Assembly: GCA_964389675.1 (NCBI GenBank) | Contig: CAYMEV010000019.1 | Location: forward strand, 1-64,000 | Direction of reading: 5' to 3' | DNA: 64,000 bases | DNA from: an uncultured Candidatus Sumerlaeota bacterium | GTDB taxonomy: Bacteria > CAYMEV01 | Part shown: piece by piece, positions 9,717-19,820 of the stretch | Layout of the letters: each line of letters starts with the position of its first letter | Numbering within the stretch: the stretch's first letter is position 1 | The notes under the pieces: generated by a model | Seen by the model: only the letters and a program-made list of their open reading frames with translations | Told to the model about the DNA's origin: nothing | Databases searched by the model: none | Translations under genes and position numbers: made by a program

Positions 9717-11261
9717 TTAACCTCCGTTCTTATTATTAAAATCAATTCCCTGGGCAAGCGGAAGCTCTTTACCGTAGTTTATCGTATTTGTCTGCCTTCT
9801 CATATATGCCCTCCACGCATCGCTCCCGGACTCCCTTCCGCCTCCGGTCTCTTTCTCTCCTCCGAATGCTCCTCCTATTTCCGCCCCGCTTGTCCCGATG
9901 TTCACATTGGCTATTCCGCAGTCAGACCCCTCATGAGAGAGGAATCTCTCCATATAGTATATAGATTTTGTAAATATCGCACTGCTCAATCCCTGGGGCA
10001 CGTCATTATGCATATTAAGAGCATCTTCAAAATCCTCATATTCTATAATATACAGTAGAGGAGCAAATGTTTCTTCCTGTACTATACTATAACTATTACG
10101 CACCTCCATTATGGCAGGTTCAATATAATGCCCTTTTTCACATCCTGCAGGATGGACGGTATCTCCGCCGTAAAGCAGTTTTCCTCCCTCTTTTACAGCC
10201 TGTCTTATAGAGTTTTGCATATTCTTGAGTGCTGTTTCATCTATAACGGGACCCATCAGTGTATCGGGATCCAGGGGGTCTCCTATCCTGACCTGCCTGT
10301 ATGCAGATATTAATGAGCGCAGGAATCTTTCCTTAACTGATCTGTGGATAATTATCCTCCTGGTGGATGTGCATCTCTGACCTGCTGTCCCTACTGCTCC
10401 GAACAGCGTCGCCCTTACTGCCATATCAATATCTGCATCCTCTGTAATTATTATGGCATTATTTCCACCCAGCTCAAGTATGGTCCTTCCGAACCTTCTT
10501 GCAACAGATTCAGCTACATGCCTTCCCATTTTTGTGCTTCCTGTTGCGCTGATGAGCGGGATCCTGCTGTCATTCAGCATCCTCTCCCCTATTTCTCTTC
10601 CGCTTCCTATTACAAGGGTGAAAACACCGTCAATATCATATTTATCAACAACAGGCCCGATTATCTTATGTATCGCTATAGCGGTAAGAGGCGTCTTTGA
10701 GCTTGGCTTGAGCAGGTTAACATCACCGCAGACTGCAGAAATAAGAGCATTCCATGACCAGACTGCAACAGGGAAGTTAAAGGATGTAATAATACCTGTG
10801 ATCCCAAGGGGATGCCACTGTTCATACATCCTGTGGCCAGGCCTTTCACTGTGCATTGTAAGGCCGTAAAGCTGACGGCTCAGGCCTACTGCAAAATCGG
10901 CGATATCTATCATCTCCTGCACCTCTCCCTCGCCTTCTGCAAGGATCTTTCCCATCTCAAGGCTTACGAGCCTGCCCAGAAGCTTCTTGTTCTCCCTGAG
11001 TGCAATACCTATATCCCTGACGATCTCTCCCCTTTTCGGGGCAGGTATGGCCCTCCATTTCATAAATGCCTCCCCTGCTTTTTCAATGACCTTTTCATAG
11101 TCTTCTTCTGAAGCCTGTATAACTTTTGCAATCGGCCTGCCGTCAATGGGGGAATAGCTCATAAGTTCCTTTCCTGATGTTTTTATCCAGCCGTCTGATG
11201 AACCCGTGGCAGCCCCGTAATTAATATCATCTATTCCTAATTCCTTTAAGAGATCATCCAT
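9717..11261 (-). CDS. Aldehyde dehydrogenase family 7 (alpha-aminoadipic semialdehyde/P6C dehydrogenase-like)
   Basis: EGEGEVQEMIDI, SERPGHRM, GTAGQRCTS, SGAEIGGAFGGEKETGGGRESGSD. Confidence 0.9.
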   Translation of the reverse strand: MDDLLKELGIDDINYGAATGSSDGWIKTSGKELMSYSPIDGRPIAKVIQASEEDYEKVIEKAGEAFMKWRAIPAPKRGEIVRDIGIALRENKKLLGRLVSLEMGKILAEGEGEVQEMIDIADFAVGLSRQLYGLTMHSERPGHRMYEQWHPLGITGIITSFNFPVAVWSWNALISAVCGDVNLLKPSSKTPLTAIAIHKIIGPVVDKYDIDGVFTLVIGSGREIGERMLNDSRIPLISATGSTKMGRHVAESVARRFGRTILELGGNNAIIITEDADIDMAVRATLFGAVGTAGQRCTSTRRIIIHRSVKERFLRSLISAYRQVRIGDPLDPDTLMGPVIDETALKNMQNSIRQAVKEGGKLLYGGDTVHPAGCEKGHYIEPAIMEVRNSYSIVQEETFAPLLYIIEYEDFEDALNMHNDVPQGLSSAIFTKSIYYMERFLSHEGSDCGIANVNIGTSGAEIGGAFGGEKETGGGRESGSDAWRAYMRRQTNTINYGKELPLAQGIDFNNKNGG

Positions 11262-11341
11262 ATTATTTCTCCATTCTTCTGTTTTTGATTTACTATAACT
11301 ATAATCATGATAAAGTAAAATTCATAATATTCAGATATATT

Positions 11342-11356
11342 ATGAATAAGATTCAT
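11342..11356. promoter_or_regulatory. Putative LysR binding site (ATGA-N7-TCAT)
   Basis: ATGAATAAGATTCAT palindrome in the divergent intergenic region, overlapping a second inverted repeat. Confidence 0.55.
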
Positions 11357-11368
11357 AAAGGAGAAATC

Positions 11369-12265
11369 ATGGACCTTTATCAGTTAAAGACCTTTTATGC
11401 GGTATCAAGACTGGGAAGCTATACTGAAGCGGCCAGATCGCTCTTCTTAACACAGTCCGCCATTTCTCATTCCATTAAAAAGCTTGAAAATAGCATAGAT
11501 GCAAAGCTAATAAGCAAAAAAGGAAAAGAATTCAGGCTTACTGACGCAGGAAAGGTACTGAGAAACTCATGCGAGAGGATCTTTTTTGAGATAGAAAAAG
11601 CCATGGAGGATATATCCCTTCTTAATGAGAAGTCCACATGGAACCTGAGAATAGGAGCTACCGTTGAATTCGGTACTACCATACTTATGAAGCATATACG
11701 GGCTTTCATAGACGAGAACAAAAATATAAGCCTTGATTTTCTTTTCTCTCATAATCTGCTTGACCCTCTGAATAAAGAAGAGGTTGATTTCATAATAGAC
11801 TGCAAGGAAAAACCCATGCACGGGCTAGTAAAGATCGAGCTATTTAAAGAGCAGTATGTAGTCATAGCTTCGCCGGGATTCCTTAAGGAAAACAGGCTGA
11901 AAAACATCAAAGACATGAAGAATATCAGAATACTGTCAATGGACAGGGATATGCAGTGGTGGGAGAATTTCCTCGTTTGCTTTGATCATGATGAGCTTCC
12001 CAGCTTTATGAATGTAATGGAGATAAATCATATACGCGGCATTATAAATGCTGCTATCAGCGGCATCGGCGTTGGCTTTGTACCCAGATACACTGTCCTT
12101 AATGAGCTTGAGAAAGGGATCCTTGTTGATCCTTTCCCGGAGATCAGCCCCTGGGCGGATCTTTTTTCCATATATATAAAGCATGATAAGATGAAACTTC
12201 AGAAAAACCGCATCTTCATTGATTACCTGAAAAACATAAAGGTTTCAGAGTTCGGTGCTGACTGA
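11369..12265 (+). CDS. LysR-family transcriptional regulator
   Basis: MDLYQLKTF...AARSLFLTQSAISHSIKKLE HTH; LTDAG; start moved to ATG 11369 (AAGGAG RBS). Confidence 0.93.
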   Translation: MDLYQLKTFYAVSRLGSYTEAARSLFLTQSAISHSIKKLENSIDAKLISKKGKEFRLTDAGKVLRNSCERIFFEIEKAMEDISLLNEKSTWNLRIGATVEFGTTILMKHIRAFIDENKNISLDFLFSHNLLDPLNKEEVDFIIDCKEKPMHGLVKIELFKEQYVVIASPGFLKENRLKNIKDMKNIRILSMDRDMQWWENFLVCFDHDELPSFMNVMEINHIRGIINAAISGIGVGFVPRYTVLNELEKGILVDPFPEISPWADLFSIYIKHDKMKLQKNRIFIDYLKNIKVSEFGAD

Positions 12266-12400
12266 TAATGGGCCGGATTATCATCCAGAGATATAAAAAG
12301 CTGAAAAAGAGGGGCTCTGTCCTGCAATGCCGGAAATGAATAATATATACAGATGGATCAATATGCGTTATGATAAAAAAAAAGGGAGATATATAGTAAT

Positions 12401-13159
12401 ATGAGGAAGATAATATTTATACTGTTTATTCTGCCATTGTTTCTCATGTCCTGCGCTGAGTTTGCCCAGGTCATGGAGACACAGGGGACCGGCCAGCCTT
12501 TAACTCAGAGTGAGGTAATTGAGGGACTGAAAGAAGCACTCGAGGTCGGCATTAAGATAGCTGCCCAGGAACTCTCAAAAACTGACGGCTACTATGGAGA
12601 CAATCTGCTAAGAATACTTCTTCCCAAGGAAGCAGAGGTCATCACAGAGAACCTGAACAAACTTCCCGGGGGAAAAGAGCTTCTTAATGAGGTGATCCTG
12701 AGGATAAACCGATCTGCAGAAAATGCTGCAAGGGAAGTTGTACCTATATTTACTGATGCAATAACAAAGATCACCATACCGGATGCCTTTGCAATATTAA
12801 GGGGTGAAAGCGATGCTGCAACTCAATATCTCAGAAAAAGCACCTACCAGAAACTTTTCAATCTTTACCAGCCAAGAATAAAAGGCTCTCTTGACAGGAA
12901 GCTCATAGGGAATATCTCGACAAATGATTCCTGGGATGAACTCACCTCCCAATGGAACAGGATAGCAGGCTCAATACCGGGCATCCTTGCAGGGCTTGAG
13001 ACTGTAGACATGAAGCTTGATGAGTACCTTACCGACAGGGCTCTTGACGGCCTGTTTATAAAGCTTGCAGAAGAAGAGGGTAAAATACGAAAGGACCCAG
13101 CAGCAAGGGTTACGGATATCCTGAAGAAGGTATTCGGCTCAAGGCAGGCATCAAGATAG
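12401..13159 (+). CDS. DUF4197 family lipoprotein
   Basis: LMSC lipobox; GLKEAL, NRSAE.AA, DA.AIL.G..DAATQY, E.KIRKDPAAR.T.ILKKVFG. Confidence 0.88.
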   Translation: MRKIIFILFILPLFLMSCAEFAQVMETQGTGQPLTQSEVIEGLKEALEVGIKIAAQELSKTDGYYGDNLLRILLPKEAEVITENLNKLPGGKELLNEVILRINRSAENAAREVVPIFTDAITKITIPDAFAILRGESDAATQYLRKSTYQKLFNLYQPRIKGSLDRKLIGNISTNDSWDELTSQWNRIAGSIPGILAGLETVDMKLDEYLTDRALDGLFIKLAEEEGKIRKDPAARVTDILKKVFGSRQASR

Positions 13160-13453
13160 ATATAATTATTTATACTACTGTCAATACGATCAGAAAAGGA
13201 TAGCTGTTTTTTCAGGGATTATTTAATTAGCGCCTGCATTGAATTTTATATTTAAGTCATATTATATAAAAAAGACATGTGCCCCTCAAAAATTTAGATT
13301 GACAAACAAAAAAGTTATATAAAAATAGTGCCTTGCCTTATGATTTAATTCAACCTGGTCCAGGGCTGAAGAATTTCTATAGATTTTTGCCATAACCTAA
13401 AAACAGGCAGGGGAAAAAGTATTGCATCAGGAATGCAGACATGGTAGAATATA

Positions 13454-14050
13454 ATGCTTGGATCCTTAAAAGACTTTGATATAGAGTTATTTTATTGGAT
13501 TAACCATGGGCTTAAGAACAGCTTTTTTGACTGGTACATGCCCTTTATCACCAGGATAGACAACTGGCTTATTCCGCTTATAATCATAACCCTTATCCTC
13601 ATGACAAGAGGAGGGAAAAAAGGGCGTATTTTCTGCGTTTCAATGATTATCATCATAACCATCAGTGATCAGCTTTGTTCATCCCTATTGAAACCGTTCT
13701 TTGATCGTCCCAGGCCCAGTACGGTATTAGCTGATGTAAACCTCCTGATCGGCTTTAAAAGCTCCATGTCCTTTCCATCCAGCCACGCTGTCAATGCTTT
13801 TGCAGTTGGTGTTTTTTCCAGTTTTTATTATAAGAGATGGATGCCTGTTTTTCTGATGCTTTCTGTTTCTGTAGCTATTTCAAGGGTATATATAGGAGTG
13901 CATTTTCCGTTTGATATTATCGCAGGGGGGATTTTGGGGACATGCATGGCTTTTACAGGCAAATATGCGATATATTATTTGGAAGGAAAAAGGCCTCTTT
14001 TCACAAACGGTATTCCCGTATACCCTGTTGAAATTAACGATAAAATCTGA
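13454..14050 (+). CDS. PAP2-family membrane phosphatase
   Basis: K......RP, SFPSSH, SRVYIGVHFPFD. Confidence 0.92.
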   Translation: MLGSLKDFDIELFYWINHGLKNSFFDWYMPFITRIDNWLIPLIIITLILMTRGGKKGRIFCVSMIIIITISDQLCSSLLKPFFDRPRPSTVLADVNLLIGFKSSMSFPSSHAVNAFAVGVFSSFYYKRWMPVFLMLSVSVAISRVYIGVHFPFDIIAGGILGTCMAFTGKYAIYYLEGKRPLFTNGIPVYPVEINDKI

Positions 14051-14296
14051 AATTTAGCTCTGCAGGACATAGAATGAAAATTATCCCGCAGTTGTAAGGA
14101 AAACAACAAGGTCGCATATTGCAGGCTGATTCCATTCATTTTTCATGTTGCAGGTGATAAAGCAAAAGTTTTCTGCATAATCTGTTATTTCAGAATGAAT
14201 AAAGCATTTTTTATTCCAGACTCTGCGTTTGAATCAAAAAGAAAAACCGTCCCTTTTGATTCATTACAGTTCCATTTTGCCTTCAGGTATTTATCT

Positions 14297-15781
14297 CTAT
14301 TGCCCGCCACGGACCGGCCAGACATAGAAGTCTTCTGTCTTTGCGAAATCCTGTACCCTGCCACACTCTATACTGATTGTCTGGCACCGGGCATTAGGGT
14401 AAGAGGCACAGGAGGTAGAAGACCAGTAGAGGTAGGACTGAACATTAATAAAGGGATACCCATCAGTCAGGCAGGGACCATACTCCCCGCAGTCTATCAA
14501 ACTGTGGATCTCACGGATATTAGGCATGCGCCAGTCATTATATCCTCCATAATCAAGATTATTGCAGTAGTCTATTGCCTCATTCCAGAGCATTCTTCCA
14601 CCAAGATTAGCCTCCCGAGGCCATATAAGCCCTGTAAAATTGTCTCTGACTGTCTGATCGCCATTATCCTTAAACCTTGAATCAGGCCAGGTAACTCCCA
14701 TCTGCAAATCGCCGTCATCACCAGGCCTGAAACATATTGTCTGGCCTGTCACAGGGACTGGAGCATCACCATCAGAAATACTGCGTACAGACCAGACATA
14801 ATTGGTTTCTATTTTCGGGCAAAACTTGATATGGCCCTTGCACATATCAACGCGCCAGGCAGAATTGGCAAGATAAAAATTTGTTGAAGATGACCAGTAG
14901 AAGTTGTTCTGAAAACTGGTATGGACATGCTCAAAGGGATGACCTTCAGCTAAGGCGGGAGCCTTCTCAGAATAGTCAATAAGGCTGTGAAGCTCGTGCA
15001 TATTTGGAAGGCGCCAGTCATCATAGCCTGCAAGATCTAGGCCATTACAGCAGTCTACAGCATCTTCCCATGTTATTTTCCCGCAAAGATCAGCATTCTT
15101 TGTCCACATTAGGCCTGTCAGCATGTCCGTGACTGTGCCATCGCCATTATTTATAAAACGCGGCTCAGGCCAGGGAACTCCCATCTGAAGGTCACCATCA
15201 TCACCAGGCAAGTAGGATATGGTCTGTCCGGTTTCCGGGACCCTATTATAGTGAGGATAGCAATAAAATGCTACTCCCTCATAAGCCCAGCTGGAAAGCT
15301 GCATTACTATATCCCTTTCCGCCTCGCTTGCAGTATAGAAATGATTTCCTTGTACACTGTTGAACAGACGGTACACAGGCGTGGTATCCACAGAAAAGTC
15401 TTCAAATACCCAGAACTTAATGCCTTCGTAATTATACTGGGGAAGCTGCAATACATTATCCCTCTCTTCCTCGCTAATTGTATAAAAATGAAATCCTGTA
15501 TTTGTGTTAAAAAAACGGAAGACAGGCCTTGTTCCTGCCCTCTGGAAAGAATAGACATCAAACATTCTGCCCTCCAGGACCCACTGGGAAAGATTATTTA
15601 TTATATGGTCCCTCTCTATCTTAGATACGGTATATAAATGGCCGCCGCTGGCTGTATTGAAAAAACGGTAAACCGGAACAGGGCATCCAGTACTACAAAG
15701 GAGAATATCACCTTCCTGGTAGCCTGTCATTGCTGAAGAAATTACAATAACAGCTAAAACAAAGAAAAAAGACTGCTTCAT
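14297..15781 (-). CDS. Secreted protein: 3x DUF5648-type repeats plus 2x DUF1566 (Lcl C-terminal) domains
   Basis: Start at MKQSFF (AAGGAGG RBS); PVYRFFN..G.HxYT repeats; NGDGTVTD..TGLMW, DWRLPN..EL.SL, YWSST, VW.VR twice. Confidence 0.85.
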   Translation of the reverse strand: MKQSFFFVLAVIVISSAMTGYQEGDILLCSTGCPVPVYRFFNTASGGHLYTVSKIERDHIINNLSQWVLEGRMFDVYSFQRAGTRPVFRFFNTNTGFHFYTISEEERDNVLQLPQYNYEGIKFWVFEDFSVDTTPVYRLFNSVQGNHFYTASEAERDIVMQLSSWAYEGVAFYCYPHYNRVPETGQTISYLPGDDGDLQMGVPWPEPRFINNGDGTVTDMLTGLMWTKNADLCGKITWEDAVDCCNGLDLAGYDDWRLPNMHELHSLIDYSEKAPALAEGHPFEHVHTSFQNNFYWSSSTNFYLANSAWRVDMCKGHIKFCPKIETNYVWSVRSISDGDAPVPVTGQTICFRPGDDGDLQMGVTWPDSRFKDNGDQTVRDNFTGLIWPREANLGGRMLWNEAIDYCNNLDYGGYNDWRMPNIREIHSLIDCGEYGPCLTDGYPFINVQSYLYWSSTSCASYPNARCQTISIECGRVQDFAKTEDFYVWPVRGGQ

Positions 15782-16044
15782 AAAATCCTCCTTAAAACAA
15801 ATTCCTTTACACAGGGTCGAACATCTTGAACTATACCCCGAGCAAAAATCCATTGATACTTAAAAAGTATAATAACAGATGTTTTAAAAGTCAAGTCCCT
15901 AAGGGATTTTTAGAAAGCTCTGTGTAAGAAAGTATGACAGCTTTAATTATTTTTGATTATTGCATAATGCTATTTTATAATAGGTGTAATTTTTTTTATA
16001 TACATTGTTCATCGCTTTTTATTAAATAGCAGAGAGTTGATTGT

Positions 16045-16520
16045 ATGAAAGTCTCAGAACTAAAGTATCTGGTATTTGCTGTCTTTATTCTTTTTTCGCT
16101 GAATCAAGGGCAGATGGCATAAGCAGATCTGCAGTCTTTACCATATGATGCAGGGGATGGTCGAGGGGAACAATGAAGGATGAGAAAGAATTTAAAGCAT
16201 GGGTCTTCTATAATTTCGAGAATGGCGAGAAGGACCATGCAGATACAATGGCTGTCATTTTCCGGGATTATGTCGATGTAAAGGATAGAAATGATATATA
16301 CAGCTTTTATAAAGCCCTTAAAGAGCAGTATATTAAGGGCTATCCTAAAATTACATTTCAGCCCTATCAGATAGACAGTAAGAAGGTTAATCTTGGTACA
16401 TCCTATGATAATATAGGCGGAACACTATATACACTTACCATTTATTCAAAAGACTGCGTTTATAATACTTATCGCTACCGTTTTTCCACAAATATTTTCT
16501 TGTTCAACAGCTCATTATAA
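16045..16520 (+). pseudogene. Degraded partial copy of the 19821 gene N-terminus
   Basis: Colinear with about 19720-20260 including upstream region; 13-nt deletion frameshift and GGA>TGA stop; residual ORF 16173-16520. Confidence 0.8.
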
Positions 16521-16757
16521 AATTAATATACAGATAACCCAATATTTGATATTTTATAGATATAATAAATAAGGAATAATCATGAGCATAAAACTGAGAA
16601 GATATAAGATGTTTTCCAATTTAGAAAGGGTAAGCGGCCTGCTGAGAAATAATTTTCTGAAGTATCAGAAATACGGAAATATCTGCCAATCCCGCTCTGG
16701 ATACACCCATGTTTATCTGGAATATCATCAATTAAAAAATACCTGGAGGTTATTCCA

Positions 16758-17105
16758 ATGCTGAACAGAAGAATGGCTGTTTCTCTGATTGTGGGTGTGA
16801 TCCTTGGTTTTTTTTGTATTGCTGGTGCTTATGTAAGGTCAGGTTTTGAGATTAATTTTATATACCTGTCTGCATTATGGTACAACCGGGTCATAATGGG
16901 GCTGGTCATAGGACTGGCCGGCAACAGGGCATCTCTGCAAACGATACTGATCCGGGGTGCATTGCTTGGTCTTGCGGTTTCCCTGGCCTTCTACATTAAT
17001 ACATCCTTTCAGGATCATGCAAGCTTTGCTGCAGGGGTCATATATGGTATTATAATCGAATATTCCGCATTCAGGTTCGCTAAGGATAAAATTACGGGTA
17101 AATGA
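16758..17105 (+). CDS. Small 4-TM membrane protein
   Basis: GGAGG RBS; hydrophobic helices; WYNRVIMGLVIG. Confidence 0.75.
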   Translation: MLNRRMAVSLIVGVILGFFCIAGAYVRSGFEINFIYLSALWYNRVIMGLVIGLAGNRASLQTILIRGALLGLAVSLAFYINTSFQDHASFAAGVIYGIIIEYSAFRFAKDKITGK

Positions 17106-17557
17106 GCATGTATATTCATTATGAGGTACTGAGGCTACTTAATGATCAGAAGTTCTGCTTTCTGGGTACAAGTCACAGGGAAAAACCACATTTATCGATG
17201 ATGAACTTTACCTATTGCCATGAAGAAAGGATTATTATCTTAAGCAGCAGAAAGGACACTGAAAAGGTAACCCAGATCAGCAATAACCCGAATGTTTCCA
17301 TTTTGCTCCATAACCTCAGTGATGATCCTGAAAGCCCTTTAAGCTGTACCATTGATGGTTATGCAGAAATATTAGAACCGGGTAAAGACATTAAATTCCG
17401 GGAAAAGCATTACAGGAAAAACAGTGACATGTCAGGATTTATAATCGGTGAGAATATAGCGGTAATTAAAATAGAGATAAAACATATACTTGTCTCGGAT
17501 TCTCATGACAGGGTATGGGAGTATCCTGCTGAAGAATTTTATTCCTTAACATCATGA
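17102..17557 (+). CDS. Pyridoxamine 5'-phosphate oxidase-like FMN-binding protein
   Basis: LGTS....PHLS.M.F; T.KV.QI..NPNVSIL. Confidence 0.8.
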   Translation: MSMYIHYEVLRLLNDQKFCFLGTSHREKPHLSMMNFTYCHEERIIILSSRKDTEKVTQISNNPNVSILLHNLSDDPESPLSCTIDGYAEILEPGKDIKFREKHYRKNSDMSGFIIGENIAVIKIEIKHILVSDSHDRVWEYPAEEFYSLTS

Positions 17558-17686
17558 AGGTCAGGGATCAGCTGTCCATAAATTTTACGAAGCTGTTATA
17601 TGTCAGGATACAGCTTTCCAGGATACTCTTTTACCTCTCAGCATCATGCAGAAGGCTAAAACCCGGCAATACCATACGGTAGTTTA

Positions 17687-19504
17687 TTAGATCAATTTTC
17701 TGACAGTTTCCCAGATCGATTTGATAGCCTCAAATGCCGGGCCTTTCCCATATTCAAGTATGGTTTTACCTTCCATAAGGGCGTCATTTACATTGCGATC
17801 GAACGGGATCCTGCCAATGACCTGAGATCCGTATTTTTTACACATACTTTCAATTCTGGAAACCTGATGTTCATTCAGGTCAGATTTGTTTATGATTACC
17901 CTGGCAGGTATCCTAAAATGATCAGCCAGCTGAAATACCCTTTCCAGGTCATGAACTCCAGAAGTCGTTGGTTCTGTAATGATCAAGACAATATCCGTAC
18001 CCGACATGGAGGCAATAACAGGGCATCCGGTCCCGGGAGGGCCATCAGCCAGTATGTTTTTCATTTTATAGCGTTTTGCAAGTTTCGCAGCATGCTTTCG
18101 TACTTCACTGACAAGCCTGCCAGAGTTTTCTTCTGCTATACCGAGCCGAGCATGGACCATGGGGCCAAAATCAGTAGAAGAGACATACCACTGTCCATTG
18201 ATCATAGGCTCGCTTGTAATAGCTTCTACCGGGCATACTTTAGGACATAATCCGCACCCTTCACATGCGAGCGGATCGATTCGGTATGTCTTTTCTATTT
18301 TACTATTGGCAGGCCCGTCAAAACGAATGGCATTAAAGTGGCAGGCATCAGAACAAAGGCCGCAGGCAGTGCATTTGTCGGCATCAATGCGTGCATTGAC
18401 ACCCCCGGAAAAATCATGGCTTTCAATAACAGTAGGCTTGATAAGTAAATGCATATCAGCAGCATCCACATCATTATCAGCAATGATTTTGGCATCTGCC
18501 AGCTGTGCAAAGCTAGCAGAGATTGTTGTTTTCCCTGTACCGCCTTTTCCACTTATAATAGTGATCTCCCTGTAATTGTCATGATCCCCGTATGGAAAAT
18601 CATGTACCTCTGCTGTACTCACTTCAAAAATATCCTGCTCCGGTACAGGGGGAACTTTGGATCTTGCTAAATCTTTTATATTTTCATAGATTGAAAGCAT
18701 ATTGCTGTTAAATTCAGGGTATTCCTTTGCAAGAATACCACCTGATGAATATGCTACTGCATACTCCCTCTTAAAAGGGACCCGGCCTATAATTGGGATC
18801 CCTGTTTTTTCAGCATATTCGGCAATTATCCTGTCGTGGCCATCTGATCTGTTGATCAGGATCCCTGTTGGTACTTTCTGTTGAAGGGCCAATCCCGCTG
18901 CAAGCGCCAGGTCATTCAGGCCAAAAGGAGTCGGTTCTGTAACAAGTACAGCAACATCAGCATCCTGGGTTGCCTCAACGACCGGACAGGCCGTCCCCGG
19001 CGATGCATCAATGATATTTATCGCTTCGGGATCAATATACAATTTAACCGCCCTTACCACATTTGGCGCCAGAGCCTCGCTAATGTTCAAAAGGCCGTGA
19101 GCAAAAAAGAATTTCCCATCACTGGCAGACTGAACCTTCCCAATTGTTGCGGGTTTTTCTATCAATGCGTTCTCGGGACATACATATGAACAGGCACCGC
19201 ATGAATGACATAATTCATTGAAAATCATCACCTTGTCCGTTAGCACTGCAATAGCATTATAATTGCATGCTTTGGCACATTTTCCACAGTAGGTACATTT
19301 TTCAGGATCGAGTACCGGCTTCAATGCAGTCACCAGCTTTTTTTCATTGAATTCCGGCTGAACAAAGAGGTGATCGTTGGGTTCTTCCACATCACAGTCA
19401 AGAAGCCTGACCTGCTCCCCTGTATTTGAAAGCGAATAAGCTAAATTTACAGCTACTGTGGTTTTTCCAGTACCACCCTTACCACTTGCTATTGTTATTA
19501 TCAT
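17687..19504 (-). CDS. Tandem-fused MinD/CobQ-type P-loop ATPase with inserted 2x[4Fe-4S] ferredoxin domains (COG1149-like x2)
   Basis: Two SGKGGTGKTT motifs, four CxxCxxCxxxC motifs, two PGTxCPV and TEPT motifs. Confidence 0.9.
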   Translation of the reverse strand: MIITIASGKGGTGKTTVAVNLAYSLSNTGEQVRLLDCDVEEPNDHLFVQPEFNEKKLVTALKPVLDPEKCTYCGKCAKACNYNAIAVLTDKVMIFNELCHSCGACSYVCPENALIEKPATIGKVQSASDGKFFFAHGLLNISEALAPNVVRAVKLYIDPEAINIIDASPGTACPVVEATQDADVAVLVTEPTPFGLNDLALAAGLALQQKVPTGILINRSDGHDRIIAEYAEKTGIPIIGRVPFKREYAVAYSSGGILAKEYPEFNSNMLSIYENIKDLARSKVPPVPEQDIFEVSTAEVHDFPYGDHDNYREITIISGKGGTGKTTISASFAQLADAKIIADNDVDAADMHLLIKPTVIESHDFSGGVNARIDADKCTACGLCSDACHFNAIRFDGPANSKIEKTYRIDPLACEGCGLCPKVCPVEAITSEPMINGQWYVSSTDFGPMVHARLGIAEENSGRLVSEVRKHAAKLAKRYKMKNILADGPPGTGCPVIASMSGTDIVLIITEPTTSGVHDLERVFQLADHFRIPARVIINKSDLNEHQVSRIESMCKKYGSQVIGRIPFDRNVNDALMEGKTILEYGKGPAFEAIKSIWETVRKLI

Positions 19505-19820
19505 ATCAAAGAATCTCCTGTTGAAATAGTATTTTTATATCCCACCAGTAATTTCAAGACGGATAGAGGAATACTTCTGACTTAAATTAGGCTGTAATAC
19601 CGAAAAGCAAATTAATTGATAGGAACTTCAATTTTCTCATATAACAAACCTTAGCATAATGATTAGGGGGTGTCAATGTTTCTGCTAAATTTTGATTTTT
19701 CTTCTCCGCACAATATAAAATTTATTTTTTTGCTTAATGGATAATGCTGTTTTATAATCGGTATAATTCCTTTTATATATACTGTTCACCGCTTTTAATA
19801 AATAGCAGAGAGGTGATTGT

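Noticed and set aside
11285-11368. N-terminal extensions in the ORF track (LysR from 11285; also starts at 15853 and 40802)
   Set aside because: Downstream ATGs have proper RBSs and match family N-termini.
14297-15250. Diversity-generating retroelement (DUF1566 domains are common DGR targets)
   Set aside because: No reverse transcriptase, Avd or template repeat differing only at adenines was seen; the only similar sequence is the gene's own second domain. A remote DGR elsewhere in the genome cannot be excluded.
16582-16764. 60-aa ORF
   Set aside because: No recognisable features; overlaps the RBS region of the next gene; likely spurious.
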